Shown here one piece after another: positions 14,428 through 22,605 of a stretch of DNA of 32,000 nucleotides. Every line of letters begins with the position of its first letter. Positions within the stretch are counted from its first letter, which is position 1. Source of the stretch: Nitrosopumilus maritimus SCM1 (GTDB lineage Archaea; Thermoproteota; Nitrososphaeria; Nitrososphaerales; Nitrosopumilaceae). The position numbers were made by a program, and so were the translations under genes. Under the pieces are notes generated by a model. The model was not told where the DNA came from and made no database searches. It was given only the letters and a program-made list of their open reading frames with translations. The stretch lies in contig NC_010085.1 of NCBI RefSeq assembly GCF_000018465.1, forward strand, positions 1,470,001 through 1,502,000. The letters are read 5' to 3'.

Positions 14428-16599
14428 TCAGACAACATATGGAGACTTGCACTTTGGACACTTATCTTCAAACGGTTCATCTTTAAAACCACACTCACCA
14501 CAGATTGCAATGTCTTGAACAGGCTTGAAGGATGTTGTAAGTTCTGATGTCTTCTCAATTGCTTTTTTAATTTCTGCAGGCTTTGCATCTTTGCCGATAT
14601 TTAGTGTTACAAACAATCCCCCGTTTAGCAACTTTGAGAGTTTGTTACACTCAGAGATTGGCTCGCTCTTGGCAGTATAATCAGAGACTTCAGAGGCATC
14701 AATAATGATTCCCTCAGAATAAGAATCACCTTCCATAGAGTTTAAGGATGAATTTTTGCCATATTTCTCACCATCAAGAGTAGCAAATCTGGTTGCACTT
14801 TCAGTTTCAGTCATGCAAATAGCCACAGGATCACCTAATTCTTTGCCTTTTTTGGCGCCAACGTCTACTGCAGTTTCAATTACCTTGTGAAGGATTTCAC
14901 GACCTTCTTTATTATCTTGGAATCCAAGGATGTTAAAGACTGCCTCTTTGAGGCCTACCAAATTGATTACAAGTGAAACATTACTTTTTTGCATATACTG
15001 AGTATTTTTGGCCAAAATTGGATTCAATCCGCGTCTAGTCAAATCAGAAATGTCTTTCTTTCTCAAGGCCATGGAAGATAAAGCTGGTTTCATGAGTAAT
15101 GCCAATCTTGCTCTAAAGTAAGTTTCATCTTTGTTTGATTCAAATGCTAATCTTGGAAGATTGATTGATACTGATTCAAGCATTATTGAAAGTGGACCAG
15201 AACTTTTAGTTGATCCATTAGTAATACCATGACTTGATGTTTGTCCTTTGGCAAACATTACTTTTCCACCAAGTGAAATTATTTCTGATACTGCTGCTGA
15301 AACATCTGTGATCTTTCCTTTTTCATTATCTATGATTAATCCAATTTTTGGAATTGGGGTAAGCTTTGTGTAGTTTTTGTATGCATTAATAATTGAATTA
15401 ATTATTTTTGTATCAGATCCTAATTGTAATCTAATTGAAACGTTAGTACTTGATTTATTGTATTTGGAAGTTGTAGATGCAGTTGCAAATGCTGTAGTTA
15501 ATTTTTGTTCTAGTTCTGGAAGTGATTTTGAATGTTTTGAGAATAGTGAAACAAATCCATCAAGTATAATTTCTTGTGAAGCTTCTTTTGAAAGAAGAGA
15601 GACTACAATAGACAGTGCACTTGTAATTTCATCAAGTTGTTTTGATGCAGGAATTCTTGAAACATCAAGATACTTTCCACCAAGATCAATTCCATCTTCA
15701 ATTAATTCTTTAATGTTAACAAACATTGTATCAGGAATCATTGACCAGATTCCAGGATTTGTAATGTGTAGATCACCAGAAAGATGAGAGTCAGCTACAT
15801 CTTTTGGTAAGATGTTTGTCAGAAGATGTTCAGCAAATACTGTTTGTCCTGTTTTAAACAAGAGACCTTCAGCGCCATTGTCTACATTGTCTAGATTAGT
15901 AATCATCTCTTGAACGTCAAACACAGGCAAGCCTAGGCGTGCAAGCTTGTTGCGGTATTCCTCATGACCATGCTCAAGCAAGACAGAGTTTACCATTTCC
16001 CTGATAAGTGAGCCTGTAAGATAGGTAGTTTGATATTTGTAGATTCTATTTTCAACTTCTTCAGTAATTTTTTGTGCTAATTCAAGTGGGAGGCTACCTT
16101 CACGTACCAATGATTGTATGATTTTGTGAGAATTAAATTCCTCAATTGATTCGTGTGATGTTCTAACATACATCTTTCCACTTTCAATAATTGATCTTTC
16201 TTCAATTTGTCTTGCTAAGCTCAAAACTAGTTTTCCAAGATTTGTAATTGTGTAACGTCTTTCAGATTTGTTTAATGCAACAAGTGATTGTCTAAGTAAT
16301 TTTCTCAAGTGGTATGCAAATTTTCCACTCTCTTTTTTTGATTTGAATCCAGCCAGAGATTTTAATTCTGAATAAGTTAGAGGGCCTTTTGAATTTAGAA
16401 TTCTCAGGATATCGATTCTGTTAGGACTTGCCATGACAGAAAAGATCATTCTGACACGTTTTGATGTAGATTGTAAAATTCCACCGCGTTTTGGTGAATC
16501 TGAATCATCATCTAAGTCTGTATCTAGATCATCGTCATCCATGTCTGCATCTAGATCACCTTCTAGATCCATTTCTAATTCTTCATCAGACATTTTCAT
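14428..16599 (-). CDS. Multidomain protein: acidic tail + ArsR-like wHTH + ATP-cone + class III RNR (NrdD)-like domain + C-terminal zinc ribbon; no glycyl-radical motif
   Basis: 723 aa. wHTH: NRIDILRILNSKGPLTYSELKSLAG...FAYHLRKLLRQSLV. ATP-cone: YVRTSHESIEEFNSHKIIQSLVREG...LIREMVNSVLLEHGHEEY. HLSGDLHITNPG resembles the NrdD G-x-IHIHD region. The C-terminus is CGECGF...CPKCKSPYVV-stop, with nothing resembling R-x-x-G-Y after the ribbon. Confidence 0.7.
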   Translation of the reverse strand: MKMSDEELEMDLEGDLDADMDDDDLDTDLDDDSDSPKRGGILQSTSKRVRMIFSVMASPNRIDILRILNSKGPLTYSELKSLAGFKSKKESGKFAYHLRKLLRQSLVALNKSERRYTITNLGKLVLSLARQIEERSIIESGKMYVRTSHESIEEFNSHKIIQSLVREGSLPLELAQKITEEVENRIYKYQTTYLTGSLIREMVNSVLLEHGHEEYRNKLARLGLPVFDVQEMITNLDNVDNGAEGLLFKTGQTVFAEHLLTNILPKDVADSHLSGDLHITNPGIWSMIPDTMFVNIKELIEDGIDLGGKYLDVSRIPASKQLDEITSALSIVVSLLSKEASQEIILDGFVSLFSKHSKSLPELEQKLTTAFATASTTSKYNKSSTNVSIRLQLGSDTKIINSIINAYKNYTKLTPIPKIGLIIDNEKGKITDVSAAVSEIISLGGKVMFAKGQTSSHGITNGSTKSSGPLSIMLESVSINLPRLAFESNKDETYFRARLALLMKPALSSMALRKKDISDLTRRGLNPILAKNTQYMQKSNVSLVINLVGLKEAVFNILGFQDNKEGREILHKVIETAVDVGAKKGKELGDPVAICMTETESATRFATLDGEKYGKNSSLNSMEGDSYSEGIIIDASEVSDYTAKSEPISECNKLSKLLNGGLFVTLNIGKDAKPAEIKKAIEKTSELTTSFKPVQDIAICGECGFKDEPFEDKCPKCKSPYVV

Positions 16600-16736
16600 G
16601 TATTTTTCTAAAAAAACGCACTAATTAAGACTTATGACAGAATGAATTTGGATCATTTTTGATCATTTTTCTAAATGCATTGAAAGATTTTTGATCTAAT
16701 TTTTAAAAATTGTAAAAAAAGATCAAATAGGAGAGA

Positions 16737-16898
16737 TTATTTTTCTTGAACATCTAGTGAAAACTCGGATGTAGAGAGTTTCTGTCCACATGACGGACAT
16801 TTTCCACTATAAGGATTCATTACATCTTTTAGTGATTTTAACATCTTCATGTTTGTGATCTTTTCACCACATTTTCCACATGTTACTTCTACTGACAT
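16737..16898 (-). CDS. Small zinc-ribbon protein, 53 aa (not in ORF track)
   Basis: Hand translation from ATG 16896-16898 to TAA 16737-16739: MSVEVTCGKCGEKITNMKMLKSLKDVMNPYSGKCPSCGQKLSTSEFSLDVQEK. It has two CxxC knuckles, and an A/T-rich TATA-like region lies about 25 nt upstream. Confidence 0.5.
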   Translation of the reverse strand: MSVEVTCGKCGEKITNMKMLKSLKDVMNPYSGKCPSCGQKLSTSEFSLDVQEK

Positions 16899-16968
16899 GA
16901 AAATGATCATAATCACAAAATAATTAAAAATCGATTTTGATTTTTTTTAATAATTCAAACAAATAATT

Positions 16969-17334
16969 TTACTGTTTTTCGATGATGATTCCTCTTTCAT
17001 CAAAACCAGTGATTTTTGCTGGAGTTCCAACTGGGAGGTCTGCAGGGGTGGCAATTCCTGCCATAAATCCTGAAATTCTCAAATCTGAATTATCTACTTC
17101 GAGTACAACAAAGGCATATGGAGTGTATTTCTCAAAGCCTGCAGGGGGCACCGTAATTATGGTATAGGTAGCAATTTTGCCAATACCATCCAAAAGCACA
17201 TCCTCAAAGCCCTTACTACCACATTCTCTACAGAAATATGCAGTTGAAAGATGAAGATATCCGCATTCAGTACATTTGTGAGTTAGTAGTTTGCCGTTTT
17301 TGGCATTTTCAATTACTTGTTCTTCAATTGACAT
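16969..17334 (-). CDS. DUF35 OB-fold/zinc-ribbon protein (thiolase-associated scaffold)
   Basis: The rubredoxin-like CTECGYLHLSTAYFCRECGS is followed by an OB-fold segment (TYTIITVPP...YAFVVLEVD). I prefer the ATG at 17332-17334 (MSIEEQ...), one nt after the thiolase stop. The track start at 17385 adds an unlikely 17-aa extension overlapping the thiolase. Confidence 0.85.
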   Translation of the reverse strand: MSIEEQVIENAKNGKLLTHKCTECGYLHLSTAYFCRECGSKGFEDVLLDGIGKIATYTIITVPPAGFEKYTPYAFVVLEVDNSDLRISGFMAGIATPADLPVGTPAKITGFDERGIIIEKQ

Positions 17335-17335
17335 T

Positions 17336-18499
17336 TTACACACTCTGGAAAACATGAACAGCACAACTTGCGCCAGTTGCACCAAAGTTATGAGTTAAAC
17401 CAATCTTTGCATCTTTGACAGTTCTTTCACCAGCGTTTCCAGTTAATTGATCATATACTTCAACTACTTGTCCAACACCAGTAGCTCCAATTGGATGTCC
17501 TTTTGATTTAAGACCACCTGATGGATTAATTGAGATATCAGAATTTAGTGCGGTTCTACCTTCACGTACAGCTTCAACACCTTTTCCTTTTTCAAAGAAA
17601 CCCAAGTCTTCAGTGTCAACAACTTCTGCAATTGTAAAGCAGTCATGTACTTCTGCAAAGTCTACATCTTTTGCAGTGATACCTGCCATCTTGTATGCAT
17701 CAGCTGCTGCAAGTTTTGTACTTGGAATTGTCGTCATGTGATCACGTCCTTGCAATGCTGCAGGAGAACCACCACGACCTGAACCAATACATTCAACATA
17801 ATCACCACCGTGTTCTTTTGCAAACTTTTCAGAACATAATATTACAGAACTTGCTCCATCTGAAAATGGACAGCAATCAAATAATTTTAGTGGACTTGCA
17901 ACAACTGCAGAGTTCAATACATCATCAATAGTAATTTTTTTCTGCATGTGAGCTTTTGGATTCAATACACCATTATCATGATTTTTTACTGCAACTCTTG
18001 CAAAGTCTTCTTCAGTAGTGTTAAACTCTGTCATGTAAGCTCTTGCCATTGATGCAAATAATCCTGGAAATGATGCACCTGCTTGACCCTCATAGAAAAA
18101 GTCTGAACAATATGCAAAGTAAGTTGTTGTCCATTCAGTTCCAGTATGAGTTACTTTTTCAACACCAGTTACTAAGAGACAATCATAAAATCCTGCTGCA
18201 ACGTTGGCATATGCTTCTCTAAAGGATACAGAACCACTACCACAGGCAGATTCAATTGTTAATGATGGTTTGTCTGGAATACCTAATCTACTCATCAAAA
18301 CAGGACCAATGTGTACCTGCTTGTCTGCAACTCCAAATACGTTTGAGATGTAGGATGCTTTGATCTCCTTAGGAGAGATTCCAGCACTTTCTATGGCTGC
18401 AACTGATGCCTGAGTAGTAATATCAGCAATGCTATCTGCTAATTTTCCATACTTGGTGCTTCCTGCGCCAAGAACACAAACCTTTTCCACAAATGTCAC
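17336..18499 (-). CDS. Thiolase (acetyl-CoA C-acetyltransferase family)
   Basis: 387 aa. Active-site Cys context ESACGSGS. C-terminal motifs HDCF, NPSGGLKSKGHPIGATG and NFGATGASC. The start codon is GTG (18497-18499). Confidence 0.92.
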   Translation of the reverse strand: MTFVEKVCVLGAGSTKYGKLADSIADITTQASVAAIESAGISPKEIKASYISNVFGVADKQVHIGPVLMSRLGIPDKPSLTIESACGSGSVSFREAYANVAAGFYDCLLVTGVEKVTHTGTEWTTTYFAYCSDFFYEGQAGASFPGLFASMARAYMTEFNTTEEDFARVAVKNHDNGVLNPKAHMQKKITIDDVLNSAVVASPLKLFDCCPFSDGASSVILCSEKFAKEHGGDYVECIGSGRGGSPAALQGRDHMTTIPSTKLAAADAYKMAGITAKDVDFAEVHDCFTIAEVVDTEDLGFFEKGKGVEAVREGRTALNSDISINPSGGLKSKGHPIGATGVGQVVEVYDQLTGNAGERTVKDAKIGLTHNFGATGASCAVHVFQSV

Positions 18500-18547
18500 T
18501 GACCCAAGTCCCTATAAAAATCGTTTTAGTAAATTCATCATAAGAAA

Positions 18548-19006
18548 ATGCCATCAAAGAAATTGCAAACTGTACAGATCAAAAAGACCGTGGTTAGACA
18601 TTCGGTTAAAACTACAAAGTCAAAGACTAGTATCTTCAAAAAAGAGATCATTCAGTATTTGGATGGTAATGGGTATCTATCTTGGTCATCAAAAGACAAA
18701 AAATACATGATTCTTGGAACAAATTCTCCAAAAAATGGATTGGTTCAATGTCCTGAGTGTAAAGTAGGTGAATTGATGGTTATTCGCTCAAGAACAACAA
18801 GGAAGCGATTCATGGGTTGTTCTAACTTTTATGGTGGGTGTAAAGCATCATCACCTTTACTACAAAAGGCAAAACTCAGAGCTACAAAGAGTCCATGTGA
18901 GGTTTGTAAATGGCCAATGGTGATTTTTCGTTACTCACGAAAACAACAATGGAGTAAACAATGCTCAAACTTTAACTGTAAAAGTAGAATCAAGCCTTCA
19001 AAGTAG
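18548..19006 (+). CDS. Basic protein with two topoisomerase-type C4 zinc fingers (zf-C4_Topoisom-like)
   Basis: CPECKVGELMVIRSRTTRKRFMGCSNFYGGCKAS and CEVCKWPMVIFRYS...CSNFNCKS resemble the C-terminal zinc fingers of topoisomerase I. The N-terminus is Lys-rich. The 3' end overlaps the convergent nitrilase gene by 17 nt. Confidence 0.7.
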   Translation: MPSKKLQTVQIKKTVVRHSVKTTKSKTSIFKKEIIQYLDGNGYLSWSSKDKKYMILGTNSPKNGLVQCPECKVGELMVIRSRTTRKRFMGCSNFYGGCKASSPLLQKAKLRATKSPCEVCKWPMVIFRYSRKQQWSKQCSNFNCKSRIKPSK

Positions 19007-19796
19007 GATAGATATCAGTTCTTCTATTTTTGAGTAATGGTAAAACTTTGCGTATTTGTTTTACTTTTTTGAGATCTATGTTGACATATCCTATTCCTTG
19101 TTTCTTTTTCATATCAAGTAAAATTTTTCCATATGGATCAACAACTAGACTTCTTCCACAGTAAATGTTTCCAACTTGATCAGGTGCAATGACATAACAG
19201 CCATTTTCAATTGCACGAGTTTTGTTTATTGTAATCCAATGTTCTTCTTTCATGTTTCCTTTAACCCAAGCTGATGGCGCAACTAAAACTTCAGAACCTG
19301 CAGCTGCAAGTGAGCGTGACATTTCAGGAAAACGTAAATCATAACATATCATCATTCCAACTTTACCAATTGTTGTCTTTACAGGCTTTGCAATCTTTGA
19401 ACCTGATGCCATCTTGTCTGATTCTCTAAAACCTAATGCATCATAGAGATGAATTTTTCTGTAAGTAGAGATCACTTTACCGGTTTTGTCAATTACAAAT
19501 GAAGTGTCATATACTCTATCTTTTTTTCTACTCTTCTCATAAAATGAGCCTACAACTTGAACATGATTTTCTTTTGCAGTATTAGCAATAGTGTTTACAA
19601 AGTTTCCATTAATGGTTTCAGCTAGAGTGGCAAGTTGTTTTGGTGTTTGAGAAGAATTTGTGTAAAACATCATAAATTCTGGAAATGCACAAAGCGTTGC
19701 ATTTTTGGAAGCAGCTTTCTCAATGAATGAAATAATTTTTTTTAGATTAGTTTCTTTGTTTGTTGATGCTTTGAATTGTACAACTGCAGCTTTCAT
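18990..19796 (-). CDS. Carbon-nitrogen hydrolase (nitrilase/amidase superfamily)
   Basis: 268 aa. The catalytic triad contexts are FPEF (Glu), YRKIHLY (Lys) and MMICYDLRFPE (Cys). Confidence 0.85.
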   Translation of the reverse strand: MKAAVVQFKASTNKETNLKKIISFIEKAASKNATLCAFPEFMMFYTNSSQTPKQLATLAETINGNFVNTIANTAKENHVQVVGSFYEKSRKKDRVYDTSFVIDKTGKVISTYRKIHLYDALGFRESDKMASGSKIAKPVKTTIGKVGMMICYDLRFPEMSRSLAAAGSEVLVAPSAWVKGNMKEEHWITINKTRAIENGCYVIAPDQVGNIYCGRSLVVDPYGKILLDMKKKQGIGYVNIDLKKVKQIRKVLPLLKNRRTDIYPTLKA

Positions 19797-19836
19797 TGCA
19801 AATTAATAATCAAATGACAATAAAAGGAAAACGATT

Positions 19837-19857
19837 GGTACAATCGCAAAATGTACC
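19837..19857. promoter_or_regulatory. Perfect inverted repeat GGTACA-N9-TGTACC just upstream of the nitrilase promoter
   Basis: ggtaca at 19837-19842 and tgtacc at 19852-19857. On the minus strand it precedes a TTTTATT element that is about 24 nt from the ATG at 19796. Confidence 0.3.
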
Positions 19858-19961
19858 ATTTTCTTCTTATGTAAATTAGTCATACTAGAAACATACCGAC
19901 CATAGTGTGTATGTCAACCTGCGACTGGCAGGGATTATCCAGTCACTTTTTTAAAAAATAA

Positions 19962-20138
19962 TTAGAGTTGGTTTCCAGCTAAAAACCAGTTTTCTTTTGG
20001 ATTATCTTCAAAAACAACAATAACATGATTTTCTTTTGTTTTTAGAATTTCAACTGCTGATTTTGTGATTGCTTTTGCGTATTCGTCTTTTTGTTCCTGT
20101 GTTCTTCCAGGATACATTGATACTGTAATCAATGGCAT
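19962..20138 (-). CDS. 4-oxalocrotonate tautomerase family protein, 58 aa (not in ORF track)
   Basis: Hand translation from ATG 20136-20138 to TAA 19962-19964: MPLITVSMYPGRTQEQKDEYAKAITKSAVEILKTKENHVIVVFEDNPKENWFLAGNQL. Pro directly after Met, then x-I-x-V...GRT-x-EQK, is the 4-OT signature. Confidence 0.75.
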   Translation of the reverse strand: MPLITVSMYPGRTQEQKDEYAKAITKSAVEILKTKENHVIVVFEDNPKENWFLAGNQL

Positions 20139-20171
20139 GAAAACTCAAACTAGAATCAAGAATTTATGCTT

Positions 20172-20930
20172 TCAATAATCTGGTCTGTATCCGTATCGTG
20201 TACCATAAGTGTATTCAGAACTGTGTGTTTTTTTGTAGAGATAACCAGTTGCAAATCCTATTGCAAATCCTCCAATGTGTGCCATGTATGCAACACCACC
20301 ACCTGCAACACCAAAGCCACCTATGAAAAATGGTAAGAGATTTTGGAAGACCAACCAAAATGGCAAGAACCATCGTGCTTGAATATGCATCATTCTCCAA
20401 AAGAAACCCAACATAAGAAAAGTGGTAATTCTAACTCTAGGGAACATTGCCAAGTATGCGCCAAGTACTCCAGAAATTGCTCCTGATGCGCCAACTGCAG
20501 GAATAGAACTTGTAGGATCAATTACAATGTGGGCAAAACCCGCACCAACTCCCCATGCAAGATAAATTAAAAGAAATTTTGCTTTGCCAAATTTTAGTTC
20601 AATATTATCACCAAAGATCCACAAAAATAACATGTTACCACCCAAATGCATCAAACCTCCGTGCATAAACATAGAACTAAACAATGAAAAGTACGGAGTA
20701 TCAGGACAAGAAATTCCTGGTTGAATCATTGATGAGAAACCAGTAATACAACTAGGAACTGCTCCCCATTCAAAAAACATGAATGCAGCACTTTGATTAG
20801 AAAATTCCCAAAATTGACCAGTAACAGCTACTTCGTAGAAAAATATTACAACATTGAGTATGATTAATCCAATTGTAATTTTTGGTTTGAATCCTGGAGG
20901 ATGTGGGTTTTCATCTCTTAATGGTAACAT
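20172..20930 (-). CDS. Rhomboid-family intramembrane serine protease
   Basis: Polytopic. HGGLMHLGGNMLFLWIFG (the H-x4-H-x3-N region) and the catalytic GASGAISGVLGA, followed by AHIGGF, are rhomboid hallmarks. Confidence 0.9.
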   Translation of the reverse strand: MLPLRDENPHPPGFKPKITIGLIILNVVIFFYEVAVTGQFWEFSNQSAAFMFFEWGAVPSCITGFSSMIQPGISCPDTPYFSLFSSMFMHGGLMHLGGNMLFLWIFGDNIELKFGKAKFLLIYLAWGVGAGFAHIVIDPTSSIPAVGASGAISGVLGAYLAMFPRVRITTFLMLGFFWRMMHIQARWFLPFWLVFQNLLPFFIGGFGVAGGGVAYMAHIGGFAIGFATGYLYKKTHSSEYTYGTRYGYRPDY

Positions 20931-20970
20931 TAGTTGTTTAGTTTCAATGAAATTTGTATAATAAGATTTT

Positions 20971-22524
20971 TCAATTTTGAATTTGTATTATTCCCTCTTT
21001 GATCAGAAATTGAATTCCTTGTACAAAGGCATCATCATCAATTGCACCTTCTGCCCACCACCCTGCATTGTTTTTAATCCATGCTGGAATTTCATTAGAA
21101 CCAGAATTTTCACCTGAAGATGTAGCAGGTATTAGTAGAACATTTTCTTTGATTAAAAATTGAATTCCTTGTACAAAGGCATCATCATCAATTGCACCTT
21201 CTGCCCACCAACCTGCATTGTTTTTAATCCATGCTGGAACAGTTTCAATTTCAGGCTCACTAGGATGAATTACTAGAATGAAATTACCTTTGGACAAAGA
21301 ATTTCCATCAATATTTGATAATACAAAATTTGCAGTTCCTACTTGATTTTCATTAAATTGTATTTTGTGTGAATTTGGCAATTCAGAATTTACATTTCCT
21401 ACCAAATGTTTTGAAAATATTTCAGAATTATTTTGAACTATTGATAAATCATATTCTACTATTTTCTTTGTTTTATCTGAAAAGATCTCTTCTAAACTAA
21501 GAAAGAATGTAACTTCTTTTCCAGATTTGATAACTTCAGGTTCCCATGACAAGAAAACTTTGTATCTTAAATCAGGAGTTGCGAATTCAAGAGGAAATTT
21601 CACCTCATCACTTGGTTGCAGTTCAAAAATTATCATATCATCAGAGTATTTTGAAGCATCATTACGAATTTGTTTTAGTAATTCTTGATTTAGAACAATG
21701 TGAATGGTTCTATCTTCAAATGAATAATCATCAATATTTACAGTATCATCAGGTAATGGAATGTCATTAACAATTGCTTGATATGTTGTAAAAAGAAAAT
21801 CTCCAAATGTGTTTGGAACTCTAAGCTCTTGATGAACCACACTTAGTTGTTCTAAATCTTGATTCCAATCAAAAGGCATAGAAATTGTTACTTTATTTGA
21901 ATCAAAATTAAATGAATCAAGTTTATCAAAATATGAAATAACTTGAATCGTTTGTTCATTATTTTGAGAATCTGATACTTGAAATGATTTTATTTCAGCT
22001 AGACTAATTGCTCCTTGTAGTTGTACTTCATCAGATAAAACATTGGAATCAGAATCAATAGATAGTATTTTGACATTATACTCATACAGGCCACCAGACA
22101 TGAAAATAGGACCCCGCATAATTAGAGATGATTCATTTTTTATCCAACCCCCTAGTACAGGCTCAATTTCTCCGTCTATAGTGATATTTTCAGAATTTTC
22201 AGTAATTACTTTGATTGATAGATATCCTAGTTCACCATGAAATATTTCTTTGAAAATTTGTTTGCCATCTTTTTTTAATTCAAATTCAAATGTAACATGT
22301 TCAATTATTGCATCAGTATTTGCATCAAACAATCGAAGTGAAATATATTTTTCAGATTCTTCAGGATCATATATTGAGGGAGAAATTGAAATTGAAAGCG
22401 ATGCATCTTTGTTTTCAATTTTAACTGGAGGCAAAACTTCTCCTCCTAATCCATGACCAAAAGCAAATGACGAACAAAGTGAAGATATTAAAAATGCAAA
22501 TAATATTGCGTTAAGAATTTTCAA
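20971..22524 (-). CDS. Secreted protein, paralogue family member A: signal peptide, beta-rich modules, two C-terminal aromatic 'WW-G-x-I-x-D' modules
   Basis: 517 aa. Signal peptide MKILNAILFAFLISSLCSSFAFG|HG. The C-terminus carries 2x PAWIKNNAGWWAEGAIDDDAFVQGIQFLIKE. The start codon is TTG (22522-22524); there is no nearby ATG. Confidence 0.8.
   Translation of the reverse strand: MKILNAILFAFLISSLCSSFAFGHGLGGEVLPPVKIENKDASLSISISPSIYDPEESEKYISLRLFDANTDAIIEHVTFEFELKKDGKQIFKEIFHGELGYLSIKVITENSENITIDGEIEPVLGGWIKNESSLIMRGPIFMSGGLYEYNVKILSIDSDSNVLSDEVQLQGAISLAEIKSFQVSDSQNNEQTIQVISYFDKLDSFNFDSNKVTISMPFDWNQDLEQLSVVHQELRVPNTFGDFLFTTYQAIVNDIPLPDDTVNIDDYSFEDRTIHIVLNQELLKQIRNDASKYSDDMIIFELQPSDEVKFPLEFATPDLRYKVFLSWEPEVIKSGKEVTFFLSLEEIFSDKTKKIVEYDLSIVQNNSEIFSKHLVGNVNSELPNSHKIQFNENQVGTANFVLSNIDGNSLSKGNFILVIHPSEPEIETVPAWIKNNAGWWAEGAIDDDAFVQGIQFLIKENVLLIPATSSGENSGSNEIPAWIKNNAGWWAEGAIDDDAFVQGIQFLIKEGIIQIQN
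21008..21242. repeat. 235-bp segment identical to 22707-22941 (copy A); contains an internal 83-bp unit twice (21007-21089, 21157-21239)
   Basis: Base-by-base comparison by eye at a constant offset of 1699 nt found no mismatch. The internal units differ at one position (21061 c vs 21211 a). Confidence 0.85.
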
Positions 22525-22567
22525 GATTTTTAAATTAGGAGAATCTGTTATAAAAAAATAATAGATG

Positions 22568-22605
22568 AGAAACTGGCAACCAAGATGACTCCTCCTAGTT
22601 TCTCA
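22568..22605 (-). terminator. Intergenic hairpin (8-bp stem GAGAAACT/AGTTTCTC, 22-nt loop) followed on the minus strand by a T-run; possible terminator or attenuator between paralogues B and A
   Basis: Stem arms at 22568-22575 and 22598-22605. On the minus strand the hairpin is followed by atctattattttttta, which merges into the TATA-like region of the downstream gene. Confidence 0.3.

Noticed and set aside
14428-16599. Annotation as a functional anaerobic (class III) ribonucleotide reductase.
   Set aside because: The protein ends five residues after the zinc ribbon with no glycyl-radical segment. It carries an extra wHTH, and no activase gene is nearby. I therefore call it only NrdD-like.
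18990-19006. 17-nt convergent overlap of the zinc-finger gene and the nitrilase gene as a regulatory antisense arrangement.
   Set aside because: Short 3'-3' overlaps are common in compact genomes, and I see no additional structure there.
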